A stretch of 63,316 nucleotides of DNA, the filler included, from Octopus bimaculoides (Eukaryota): NCBI RefSeq assembly GCF_001194135.2. It is 3 parts of 2 records of this genome, joined end to end, with 100 filler letters (N's around TTAATTAATTAA, not from the genome) between each part and the next. Parts side by side here need not be neighbours in the genome. Positions count along the whole stretch, not along the records: positions 1 to 21,306 come from NC_068988.1; 2 more parts are not named here. One strand, given 5' to 3'. Position 1 is the first letter of the stretch. The number at the start of each line of letters is the position of its first letter. The notes below the pieces were generated by a model. It did not search any database, was not told where the DNA came from, and worked only from the letters and a program-made list of their open reading frames with translations. Of this stretch, positions 1 through 12,239 are shown one piece after another. A program made the position numbers and the translations under genes.

Positions 1-1839
1 TTTTTAAATACATTGATCACAAACACAAATCACAAAATAAAAAAAGTTGGTGGAGTTCTGATAAAAGCATGTACTAAAACCCCTCATAACTTTTTTATTT
101 TTAAGAATTTTCACAAAATTTTTTTGATTCTATCTTCTGCATAATACAATTACCCACCCACCCCCTTTTTTTTTCACTCATACACACACTCCACTAGCAT
201 CTAATTCCAAAACTTTCCACTGTTTTTCAATTTATTTTTCTTCATTTTTGGTTTTAAAATACAGGCAGTCCGATTCTGCCATTCATTTCTCTTTATAATT
301 TCCAAATAATTTTTTAGATACTTCGAAATCAAAATTCTTGGGTGTTTGCATAAGAGAAAATAAATCATTTACTAACAGAATATTGTTATCAAAATAAATT
401 ATCTCTAACATACCTTTAAATTGTTGTGAGAAAAACATTTACTAACAGAGAATTATGTTATGAAAATAAATTATTTGTAACATACCTTTAAATTATTGTG
501 GATAAAGTATTAAAACTCAAAAACTTGCCCACGAAGTGTACAATCCAAACTTCAATTTGATTGTGGTCTTCTCGCTAGGGATCACTCTTATTTCTAAAAA
601 AACAGGGGTCTGTTTTGTTAGAAATAAAGAGAGCATGCATATTGTGTCGTTCTTCCAATTTTCCCAGCAAATGAAGTTTTGCATATTTGCAATATATGAC
701 AACACAGCAAAGAAGGATCTCATATATATTTATTCTATCAACACTAGAAACATACAAAGCATAGTTTACCCAGAACCGTTGTTGGTGCTTTTTGATATGA
801 TCTCCAAAGACTGCTTCATGCTCCAATGTCTGCTTTCACATAGTTTCTACAGCTGGAAGACCTTCCTAATGTCATACCCTTCCTAACAACATGCATGTGC
901 GTGTGTGTGTGCCACTTGCCCGCAATACTATCATGGCCACCTTTTCTTCTTCCTGTCATTTCTATATAAGTATCTTGGTCTTTTGCACAGTTTCTCAAAC
1001 ACAAAAGTTCTGGCTATAACATACCAGCATGCTAGACAAACAGCAATGATCAGATAAGTTGATTTTTTCCTTAATTTTAATTTTTGAATCATTCTATTCA
1101 TTCACAACTTGTATTTCTACCCTGTTTGAACTAACCTGTCTTAATTTAATTTAGCATAATTAATTCAAGTTTGCCTCATATTTTTTTTTCCCTTTTCAAC
1201 AATACTATCTCTGTCCATGAAAATATCTACATCTCATATCTCTGCTTTCATTAATTACTGCCTCTGTTCTGAAAATGTGCATATTTCATCTCATCATTCT
1301 GTTCTTTTCATGACAATTACATTTCGTTCCATGTAGGTTGCTTTTTGGCTGGTTGAAAATCTATATATTTTGTCTTTCTTGTGAAGTTGTTTGATTATTT
1401 CTCATGTTGCCATGTGGCTTCACTTGCTCACAATGTACCCACCCTTTCCTGCTCCCACCACCTAAAACAGAAACCTCTCTTCTCCACCAGAAACTTCTCT
1501 TCTGTCCACCTACCCTCCTTATCCATTTCATACTCTCTTAACAACAGTACCACAATACAACAGTCACAGTTTGCACACTTTGTATCGAAATGTGATTTAA
1601 GGATATGAACCAGTTGATTAACTAATTAACTAATCAGTTATCACTGATCTTTGAATTAAGAACGGTTGTATACTATGGCCAATGAGGGTTATTCAAGGTG
1701 TGGTTCTTGCTAGTTGATTAAATGCAAGGACAACTGATATGATATGCCTGCAGGCAAATGTCTATTTAAAACTTCTTTCCAGATGCTGAATCTCTTTGAT
1801 CCCTTTGCCCCCTTTCCAAATACCTAAAGACGACATGAT

Positions 1840-2128
1840 CAATGTAGGCACATTGAAGGTTTGTTGAGATGCTAGAATGTAGGCATGTAGATGTGTATTG
1901 CATTCAAGGAGTAAGATGGAGGGGAGTCAGATCCCTCACAAGCAAAAAACATTGGTATAAAATATTCTGGGTAGGCAATAGTGATGGGGTAGGTGATATG
2001 GGCATACTTTTAGCTAAGAAATAAGTGGATAAGGTGATTGAGGTAGTCAGAGTATGCAATAGGATACTTATGCTTAGACTAGTTTTACAAAGTAGTACTG
2101 TAACTATTATTTCTGCCTATGTTCCTCA
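1840..2128 (+). mobile_element. Decayed RTE-clade LINE fragment (APE endonuclease region)
   Basis: Broken translation NVGTL..EMLECRHVDVYCIQGVRWRG..KIFWVGNSDGVGDMGILLAKK/VDKVIEVVRVCNRILMLRLVLQSSTVTIISAYVP matches the RTE APE N-terminus; it contains stops and frameshifts. Confidence 0.8.
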
Positions 2129-3665
2129 CCCACTCAGGCCCACTCTGTTCGCACTGGACATTAATGACGTCACCAAGATGGGGGCTGAGTTAGACCTCAA
2201 CGTCTGGTATATTGATGATGCTTGTTTAGGGGGACCTCCAGACAGGGTTCTCACCATTGCAAACATGATGGTTGGGGAGCTTGGTCGCTGGGGTCTCCAA
2301 GTGAACAGCTCCAAATATGAGCTCTGGATCCTCAACGACCCAGCTTCTCAACATCAACCAACTATTGACCTTTTTGCAGAGTCCTTCCCTTCCATTGTAG
2401 TCCCTCCCTTCCATTGTAGTCCCCCCCCCCTTTGGCTTGGTGCTCCTTAGGAGTCTCAATCACAGACCTTGTCTTTGAGTCCATCTTCCAGTTGAAGGTG
2501 GTTGCCCTTGAGCAATTGCTGAAAAATATCGAAGTTATCAAGTTTTTTTCATACTTAGGAATTACCTCTTGATCCCTAAGCTTCTATATTTGCTCGGAGT
2601 CAGCTCATCTTACTGATTCCCATCATGCCTCCAACGCTTCAACAACCTAATCTTTGAGAGATTTGAATGCTTGGTCAATGTCAGACTCTCTCCAACATCC
2701 CACGATCAGGTTGCACTGCCCAAGCGATTTGGAGGTCTTGATCATCATAAGTGTTCGACCCTCTCCCTCCCCTGCTTCTTTTCCTCCACTCACACCTGTT
2801 CCAGCCTGGTGAGCAACATCCTCTCCTCTCCAACATGAACCAGTTCCAGCAGGGAGTTGGATGAAGCTTTCCAACACTGGAGGGAATAGGGCTTGTCTGC
2901 TCCTGAGAAGAGGTGGACTGTCAGAGTCAGAGAGCTTGGGACATTATTTCAAAGGCCACCTTCAACTCCCTCTTCATCCAGTCGGACTAGTTTTCAAAAT
3001 GCCAGTTACTGTCTGCTAGCACCAAATACTCAGGTGACTGGATAGATGCCATCCCAGTGGCTAATGTTGGTGGCCTACTCAGCTTGGATGAACTTCATGA
3101 TTCTATTGCCCTCAGAGTGGGAGCTGATGTATGCACAGGTTTGATCTGTCATTGTGACAGGTTCTCCAACTCCACAGGCCTCCATGGTCTTTCTTTCCAC
3201 CTGAATGCTGGTCGTTTCACATATCATACGAAGTTGAACTTGATACTCAAGAGGAGCTTGGCCCAGGCAAACACCCCCTCCATCTAGGAACCATCTGGAT
3301 TGTCCAGATGTTATGAGAAAAGACCTGACAGCTTCACCCTGTGCCCCTGATCACGAGGTAGATACTTTGTCTGGGATGTCACAGTTAGCAACTCCTTTGC
3401 TTCTTCTCACATCCTGGATGCTGCAGTCAGAGCAAGATCCACAGAACAAAATCCTGAAATACCATGATCTGTCGGCCAACTACATTTTCCATCCTGTTGC
3501 GTTTGAGATGTTTGACAGGGTCAGACCACTACCTGCGAGATTCCTGTCTTCACTGGCAACTTGCCTAGCAGAGGTAACTGGTGAGGCTTGTGAGGGCACT
3601 TGGCAACGCTGCAAGCATGCTGGCGTGCCTCAATAGCCATTAAAGAGGCTTCCCAGTGCCCCCAA
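2129..3665 (+). mobile_element. 5'-truncated, decayed CRE-like non-LTR retrotransposon (RT C-half, cysteine motif, RLE endonuclease)
   Basis: PLRPTLFALDI..LNVWYIDDACLGG..GLQVNSSKYELW (RT, YxDD); LSLDELHDSIALRVG..CHCD..GLHGLSFH..HTKLNLILKRSL; EPSGLSRCYEKRPD..TL (RLE); KILKYHDLSANYIFHPVAFE; ends near SIAIK. This motif order is typical of CRE-clade elements. Confidence 0.75.
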
Positions 3666-4100
3666 CTTTTCAACCCAAAATGGTGAATTTTGGTTTGTTT
3701 TCTTCTTTTTTCTCTTTTTAATTTTTCCAATTGTGTTCTATGTTTTGTCCAATTTTCTAATTTAATTTTGTAAAACGGTAAACAGTGTGAAGACAAAAAC
3801 TTAACATTAATTAAGGAACAATTACCTTGATCGAACAATTGAATCCTCATCGTCGAACGACAGAGATCCACCACCACCTACACCATTTAGGACTTCATTA
3901 TCTAGCGTGTCCTTAGTTTTATAAAACAATAGTGTGTAATATGAGAGATTTGACAGATAATTCTAGCAAGGGGGAACGACCAGCTATATTACCCACACCT
4001 CACCGGTCCGAGACTAATTTGACTAAAATTAATCTGTATAAAGTGAAAGAGAGAGAGAGAAGTGAAGAAAGTGAGAGAGAAGGAGCGGGAAGGAAAGACA

Positions 4101-4267
4101 GTATGTCAAACCAAGTTAATTCCCCTTAGTTACAACTGTTTCAGGAATTATTTGTGCCGGTCTCAGAAAACAACACATTACTCATTTTAATATGTTCCGT
4201 TCGTTCTTCTAACTTAATATTTAAATAATTATATATAGCTATATAATTCCAAGTATCTACCTAACAG
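4101..4267 (+). other. Putative 5'UTR intron of the SFT2-like gene
   Basis: Donor ACA|gtatgt at 4101; acceptor ctacctaacag| ending at 4267, 13 nt upstream of the ATG. Confidence 0.45.
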
Positions 4268-4280
4268 CCTTCCTTATACA

Positions 4281-4346
4281 ATGGATAAATTAAAGCGTAC
4301 TTTAAGTGGTGATGATACTGATGAAGAGCATGGAATCGTAACACAG
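4281..4346 (+). CDS. SFT2D1/2: First coding exon of vesicle transport protein SFT2 (SFT2D1/SFT2D2 orthologue): MDKLKRTLSGDDTDEEHGIVTQ
   Basis: Translation closely resembles the recalled N-termini MDKLKKVLSGQDTED (SFT2D2) and [21 protein letters not shown] (SFT2D1). It ends in a phase-0 donor CAG|gttcgt at the expected ...Q| position. Downstream exons were not found. Confidence 0.82.
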
Positions 4347-7300
4347 GTTCGTCTTACCCTAAACTTAATTGAGTTATAATTGTTTGTCGCTTGAAATATC
4401 TCGTTTTCAATCTAAAATACACGTCATATTTTTCTTTTTAACTTCCTTTTACATATTGTTTACTAAAATATAACCTACTGAATAATTGTGTGTCCCTTAG
4501 TAATCATGACAGATAAATAATCTACACCAAACACATGGTCCATTCATATGGAGTTAATAAATCATTAATGTAAGAATATATATATAGATAGATAGATGTG
4601 TGTGTATGTATGTATATTTGCCTACCGACGGCAAAAGATTAATTAGATCAAAGCTTATTATTAGCATAAAAAATGTAAGAATTACTTTAAAATTCTGCCT
4701 GTCTGTTTGCAGTAGTCACAATGTCTTAAATCTATTTGATGGTTATTCAGTGCCAGTTAGTATGAAAATAATATAAATAAAAATATGTAGTAACAAGGAC
4801 TGGGCCGTATGAACTTTAGAAATCAGTTCGATATCTTGACATCAAATTTTTAATTTAGTTTTTTTCTCAACGAAAATAGATCCAGTGGTTTATGAAACAG
4901 TGAAGGAAAATCCATTTATTTTAGTCATATTTCTATAATCACCTAAAAGTTTTATGTATCTATATATATGAAATCTGTTTTTAAATCGCAACAACTGTGG
5001 TATCTTTATTTAAAATATTTATTTTATTCATGTAATCTTACACCTTATATTCATTTCTTTTAATAAATCATTTTCCCTGATACTTTCTCAAATCTCTGAA
5101 ACCAAACTTTATATAAAAAAAAGAAAAAAACATGAGCACAATAAGTATTTTGATAATTTATATGCGTGTTACTAGATTCTGTATTTTATTTAAATGTATG
5201 TCCTGTGTGCAAATGTTGGACTGTTTTTAACAGGCAATGGTTTGGTGTTAGGATCCTCCCATAATAAATACAGACAACACAACTAGAATTTAAAATACTA
5301 ATTTAATATGTATATTTGTAATTAGCAATCATATCTGCGTAAAAAAAAAGCGACTCGTGTCATCGAGAGTGAACCTGTGTCGTCACTCGATATCTTAGAA
5401 ACAAAAGATAAATTCCACTTAAGTCACATCTTACTGTCTTTAAAAAAGAAGTAGACGCTATAATCCTAGAAACTCTGTTAATAAAATATATATATAGATA
5501 TGTTGTTTACTTTATCTTCAACTGCTACGTGGAAACAAAACTTTGTCAACCTTCCATTTGTCAGATTTGTTATTACGTTTTCTCATGTTTAACAAACAAA
5601 ACATCAGACCTGTTATATATTTGTTTATGGTGACGATACTGGGTTCCTAATTATTGTTCATCAAAAAGAAAGAAAAAAAAGAAATAACTTGTATTCATTA
5701 ATTAAAGTCCTTTTTCATATCTCACTTGTTGCATTTGTCTGTGGTGCTTCACGTTTGACAATGGTGTCCTGATAAACAACATTCCTCAATTTTAGACTAA
5801 CACAGACCTCTCTTCAATGAAGTTATATTATTTTACCAAATTATTGTAATGGTTATTTTATATAACAATAGGTATAATGCTACTATTACTTTAATGTTTT
5901 ATATCCCACTTCCCCTCTTATTCTACTTTAAGCTCTATTATGTCGGTATTCTTTCGCCTTGACTCGAAGTCACAATTCAAACAAACCACGTTTATTTAAG
6001 GAGGCGGGTCTCTTAAAAGTTTCTCATTTAAACCCGGAATTTATTTGTAAATATAGTCTTTTCAAATTCACTTACTTGAATTATCTGTATAATAAATAAA
6101 TAAATAAATAAATNNNNNNNNNNATATATATATGTGTTTAATAATTGGTACTTTTTAATCATTAATGATTTTCTAGACGAGTTTGGCGATATTTTTTCTA
6201 TACTAGTTAAACATGTTGTTAATTTTATGCATCAAAAGTGTTTCCTTAACTGTTTATAAGTCTTTTATACTATATATTTATAGCTGTTTAATTCTGCTTT
6301 TGTGGTCATTTATGGTTTTTAACCCTATGTTTGCCAATCATTAATTTACACAAAAACTCGGAAGTTATAATTATGATGTTGATGAGCTTTTAATCCTGTT
6401 AAATTATAGAATATGTTGAATTAGCAGGAAGTATTTAAATATTTGACCATCACTTTTCATCAAGTATAGAGAAAGCTCTTATGAATTTTTATTTACTATT
6501 TAAAATTAATTTCATCTATGACTAACTCTTTCAGGGATGCCTTTATGTAGATATTCGCACCCAAATATTCCCAAATCACATCCTGCTAGCTAATTTTTTT
6601 ATACAAAGAAGGAAAAACACATAAGAGAATGTAGTCCTAGATACACTTTATCTGTAAGGGGGGGGGGCATAGTAATGACGAGAATTCCTTTAATCGCAAT
6701 TCTGCTCAGTTCGAGCTGGCCTGGGAGTTAAACAACAACAATTTTCACTTATGTTACTCATTTTTATACTTATTTTATATTTATTCAATCTTTTAACAAT
6801 GGTATTGTTAGTCGTTGCAGGTATTGGGAAGCAACCACTGGTTCACGACATCTATGGCAACGATAGTGAAAAGGGACTTTGTTCGTAAAGCACCGGCTTT
6901 TCGGGGTTTTGCGCTGATGTTTGCATCCTTCGTCGAAAAATATGCATACCTGTTTATTTGAGGGACTTCTGCTCAGTTTCCGACTGCCGAACACATGGGA
7001 TAATGTAGTATTGGATGTTCTGTTGGATGCTTTTGATAATGAGTATACTGGATCAGGACTAGTCTCGAGCTATAAACATCATCAATAATTCAAAGAGAAA
7101 CTATAGCTGTTTATGTGCAGGTATGGTTATGTGGTTAAGAAGTCGTCTTTGCTGATGGTAACATAACCTGGGCGGAGGTGAACAGGAGAGTGGGTGAGGA
7201 AGGGGAGAGAACCAAGGCAAAAGATTTATAGGAAGAGAGATTATCATAGGATAAACAGAGGTAGAGATGCGAGGTTGACAGGAGATAGAATAGAAAAAAA

Positions 7301-7559
7301 TTAGTGCTGTGGTTGTGGAAGAGAGAGGAGGCAAGAATGATTGAAGAGGAAGTACTGAAAGTGAGGTTTGTCAGTAATGGGTAATGAAAGTAATAATGTG
7401 AGAAAGTGATGGGTAACAAAGATTAGGAATGGTAAAGTAGGGAGTAAGTATGGACAACAGTGTGTGTTATAAGGGAAAGTCATAGAGATTACTAGTACTA
7501 AAGAAGGCTGATTGATGATAGTAGAATCTGAATACAAATAGATCCTATGCTATCCTTCA

Positions 7560-9010
7560 ATATGCTGGTAGCATGATGAGGAAAATGTAGTATGATAAAA
7601 GGTTTTGGTAGTGTTTGATATAGACAGATCTAAATCCCAACCTCCACCATTCTAACATCCATTTTGCTAGACCAGCAAACATTAGCAGGTCTTTTTTCCA
7701 ACACATCACCATTTGTTGTGATCCTTGTCTTGAGATCAGTCATCAACTTATGTCTTAAGTTTCCCTCTATTTTGAGTACTTCACACTTCATAATTGACAT
7801 CTTTCATATGGCTCACATCCCTGTGCTAAGATAGTCTTCTGTCTGACACACTACATCTGTTTCTTCTATCCAATTCAATTGTTTACTGGTATTCATACAC
7901 ACTAACATTACATATCCCAAACTCTCAGGCTATCTCAAATCTTGTACAGCTAAGACATGTCTCACTATGGTACAGTATCACACTTCATACAAAAAAACAG
8001 GAGACAATTTGTCCTTCATTCTAAGAGGGGGAAACACTTTGTTACCAATAAAAGTAATAGTTCCCTGAACTTCTTACAGCCCGTTCTTATTCTGCTTTCA
8101 AAGCACCTACATCTGCACTAATTGCATCATCTAGGTAAGAAAAACTAGCAACAACTTCAAGGGAAGCTTCCAAGTATTTCAATGAATGTTTCTTGAGTAC
8201 TCTCATTGTTCCCATGCTACTGTCTCATACAAAGCCTCTTCTGCATTCAAAGTTTACACTGGGCCCACCATCTGGAAATTTATCTACCTCTTTTCTGCAT
8301 ATCAAACAATTATTTCCCTGTCCTCTTGATTCTAGGTTTTGCTCCCATGTCTAGAATTTCTCCTCCAAATCTGCTATAGATTCAGCTATAAGAACTGATC
8401 ACCACCATTTAGGAGTTCTTTATGGTAACCAGACTTAAACTCTATGGGCTTTATTGGAGGACTGTAATAAACAGTAGGGGAATGAGAACTAAACCCTAGT
8501 TTACCTCTTCCTGCTCATTTAATTTTTCACTGAACTCATTACTAACTTTTCCTTGCTGATGGCACTTTTGCACTTGGTTTGTACAGCCATAAAAAAACCA
8601 TTCTTCTACTAGTTTCCTAAGTAAAAACCAAATTACAGTATGTGAAACTCTGTTAGAAACCTTCTCCAGGTTCAAACATACTAACAAAAAGCCAAACCAC
8701 ATCTCATCTATGTTAATTCTCTTTCTGACCAGTTGTGCAACAACTTTTTCCATTACAATGTGGTCCATCAATTTGATACCTCTGTAGTTGCTTCTTTCTC
8801 AAGCAGCTTTTACTTATGTAGCAGTTGGCAATGATACTGCTACATTAGTCATTTAGTATGATACTTTCCTCAACTCCTCAAAGCACTAGATATATTAAAC
8901 ATCTCAGGGACTATCCCTCCATAGTTCAGCAGTTTTCTCAGCCTTTACATTCTTAATCAAGGTTTTGACCTACAGCTATCATCAATGCAATACAAATACT
9001 GTATGTCCCT
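7560..9010 (-). mobile_element. Decayed RTE LINE (RT domain to C-terminus)
   Basis: Minus-strand fragments MEKVVAQLVRKRINIDEMWFGF, LEKVSNRVSHTVIWFLLRKL and LEVVASFSYLDDAIS..PLRMK; heavily interrupted. Confidence 0.75.
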
Positions 9011-9125
9011 ATTTTTGGATAACTATACCATATCCCTGCATTTAAGAGAACACTAAAAGGGCTTGGTAACATGAAGACAATCCAGGAACTTTTAACATTT
9101 ATCTTTCATGCTGGCACACAACATA

Positions 9126-10388
9126 CTAGGTGCATTCCAGATGTTTTGAGACTTTTTCAGGGGACATTAATTTCAAAAAAGTACAAAACTCTAATCTCCT
9201 TCAAAATAGGATCCTCTGACTTCTATGCACTTGTTGTAGTGTTCCAGCCACTGTGAAAACCCCATGGAAGTCTCCCAAAGTGAAAGTGTCCAGTACTCTT
9301 GTCACAGCCTCCTTCATCTTAATATCTTCCAAACGACTGTCCCTGAGGTTCTTCAATTTAGGGACAACCAAAAGTCACAGTGAGCAAGGCCTGAATTGTA
9401 GGGAGAGTGAGGGACAGTTTTGATACTCGTCTGTCAAGTAGTTGGTAACCAGGATAGAATTGTGGACAAGTGTATTGTCCTGGTGCAGGTGCCACTGACT
9501 CCAGTCTAAAAGCTCTAGCCTTTTGCATTGAAATTTCTTCCACAAAGTACTTTTTGTTGACCTTTTGGCCAGAGGGAACCCAATGGATGTAGATGATGCC
9601 CTTACTATCAAAAAAGGAGATCATCCTGAGCTTCCTGGAAGACTTGCTTTGCCTGGCCTTCTTGGATCTGGGGGAGTTGGGATGCTTTTATTGGGCACTC
9701 TGGATCATTACAGTAGATCCATCTTTCATCACAAAACACTAGAGACTCAAGTGCTCTTGGATTGGAGGAATTGAGTTCAACCATCTCCCTGCTGTCACCA
9801 ACCCATCTTTCCGTCTGTTCATTTCTGAGCACCCTGGGAACAAATTTTGTAGTTGTTCAGATTTTCATGAATAATTGCCACACTAACTCCAAACTGTATG
9901 CTTATTGTCTCTATAGACACATGATTGTCTTCATCCAGAAAATTGCGAATTTTCTCCACCAGTTCTGATGTCCCTCACTCTCCCAGACCTCTCTTGACTT
10001 CTTACCTCCTCTCTACAGTCTTTCAGCCTCCTGTGTCAGCATAAAACAGATGCTCGGCTCATACAAGTTAATCCATAAGTATTCAGGAGCATTTCATAAG
10101 ATTCTGTAGTGTTTTTGCCCAGTTTAACACCTAACTTTATTGTATAGCAAGCTTCCAAATTGTCTTCACATCTCAACAGCATTCTGCAAACTAGTCAGTT
10201 ATGACAAGCAGTGTTTAGTAGAGTGTGTTCAAAGTGCTGTTACAGCCATCACCTTCAATCTGGAATAACAAAAGTTGGCTGGTCAGCTTATTAGATGTAT
10301 AATAACGCTATACTAAAATTACAATAATCTAGGACAGTTATAACTGCTTCTCATAAAAAAAGTCTCAAAACTTCAAAAATTCACCATC
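9126..10388 (-). mobile_element. Full-length but dead mariner (DD34D-type) transposon, about 1.26 kb
   Basis: Degenerate TIRs (ta-ctaggtgcattccagatgttttgagacttttt and aaaaaagtctcaaaacttcaaaaattcaccatc-ta) with TA flanks. Transposase relics: FCDERWIY, MISFFDSKGIIYIHWVPSGQKVNKKYF, WHLHQDNTLVHNSILVTNYLT. Confidence 0.85.
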
Positions 10389-11540
10389 TACATGCACACA
10401 CTCATATATACATATATGCATATAAACATATATGCATATAAACATGAATTAATATATGCACTTATGCAGTGTATTGGGTGTATTTTATCATGGTATTATT
10501 GCTAGAAAGGTTGTCATGTCCTTGTCAGGTCAAGATTAGTGTCCACTGGACCCCACATTTTCTCTGCATGTTCTACACCCACTTTAACAAGATTGTACAG
10601 GGTGCATCTTGTTAGAGTGTTAGCACCAAGGAAGTTACCTTGTACTCCACAAGACAAAAGGTGTCATTGATGCTTAGTGTTGTCACTATTTGTTCTGGGT
10701 AAAGCTAAATAGAGATGGTAGAAGAGAAAGTAATTCAAGAAAATTAAGGTGGGATGGGTGTGCAGGAGAAAACATAGTGACTGGGATGACTATATGGAAG
10801 CTAAGAAGAGTGAGTGTGAAGAGAGAGATGACAGCATGGGATAGGAAGGTGAAATGGAAGAGACTAATGGCTGAGGGTAATGAGTGAGTGATGCTTAGTT
10901 GAGAAAATCGTTAGAGGTATGAGAGTGTGATGGATTTCAATAATGCATGACTTGGGAGAAGAAAGAAGGGAGGGGGTGGTTAGAAATATTGTGAGAGTGG
11001 TGTTTGCTGGTGAGGGAGAACTTAAGTGACAGGGTGTTTAGGTAATGATGGCAAGTGTCTGATGTCAGTAAATATATTGGATACCAACAGATCTAATGCT
11101 GTTCTTCATTATCAGAGAGCCGAAGAGGTATAGATGTACATAGGGAGGATTTGTATATGAATAAATCTAAAGTTGCCCTTATTAAACAAGTGGCAGTTTG
11201 CAGTGAACCAGGGAGTGAGTAATAAAGGAGAAGCTGCTGAATATATGAAAGGAGTCAGCAAATGAAGATTTTATAGGTACAAAATAGGCAAAAAGTCCAA
11301 ATGCAAATAGATATTTCTGCTTTCATTACTAGCTTAATTTCGTCATAAATTTTGCCGTGTTTGCATGGGTGGTTGGACAATTTCAGCAATCACCATGGTC
11401 CTTTTTACTTTGTGAAATGCAGCATCTTGAAAGTGATGTTTGTCATTGTCACAAGTCTTCCTCTGCTACAGTTCCATTCACTTTTAGTGTACAGTTAGTT
11501 ACCATCTTTCATGCATTTCATATGTCCATACCAGTGCTCT

Positions 11541-12016
11541 TTACTCTTTCTCTTTTACTTGTTTCAGTCATGTGACTGTGGCCATGCTGGAGCACCGCCT
11601 TTAGTCGAGCAAATCGACCCCAGGACTTATTCTTTGTAAGCCTAGTACTTATTCTATCGGTCTATTTTGCCGAACCGCTAAGTTACGGGGATGTAAACAC
11701 ACCAGCATCGGTTGTCAAGCGATGTTGGAGGGACAAANNNNNNNNNNTTTTGCCGAACCGCTAAGTTACGGGGATGTAAACACACCAGCATCGGTTGTCA
11801 AGCGATGTTGGAGGGACAAACATAGACACATACATATATATATATATACATATATACGGCGGGCTTCTTTCAGTTTCCTTCTACCAAATCCACTCACAAG
11901 GCTTTGGTCGACCCAAGGCTATAGTAGAAGACACTTACCTGACGTGCCAGGCAGTAGGACTGAACCCGGAACCATGTGGTTCGTAAGCAAGCTACTTACC
12001 ACACACCTACTCCTAC
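11541..12016 (-). mobile_element. tRNA-derived SINE family A (internal TA/TG microsatellite)
   Basis: Head with A/B-box-like motifs, segment ggcaccttgggcaagtgtcttctactatagcc and tail ...gactaaaggcggtgctccagcatggcc..gactgaaacaagtaaaagag; more than 10 copies in the window. Confidence 0.85.
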
Positions 12017-12239
12017 GCAATCATTTTTCTTGCATATTATATCTGATTTCTCTCTTATTCAATTTTTCTTCTATTTATTTCTATGTCATCATTCTCATAT
12101 GTTAATATTACACATCCACTGGAGTATGCTGATCATTATTTCTAGTCTTCACAAATCCTTTGTGTTCAAAGTCCATGTCTCACTATTATGTAGCATTGTA
12201 GTTTGTACTTACATCATACATATCACTAACATATAGGAG

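Larger units (their letters stand above)
3780..4420. promoter_or_regulatory. CpG-rich island, probable promoter region of the SFT2-like gene (possibly bidirectional)
   Basis: Hand count gives about 19 CpG in about 640 bp here versus about 14 CpG in the 4.4 kb at 7081-11520. The island contains the start codon at 4281. Confidence 0.5.

Noticed and set aside
6821-6961. Plus-strand acceptor ttgcag| followed by VLGSNHWFTT..RGFALMF as a possible SFT2 exon 2
   Set aside because: The resemblance is superficial, there is no donor at the expected length of about 87 nt, and the frame ends in a stop.
6785-6994. Cys/His-rich minus-strand ORF (CIFFDEGCKH..CHRC)
   Set aside because: No recognisable zinc-finger spacing; it lies just past a likely splice donor.
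11665-11820. Perfect direct repeat of about 73 bp inside a SINE
   Set aside because: The two copies flank a 10-N gap, which indicates unmerged overlapping contig ends. A similar case lies at about 45440-45575.
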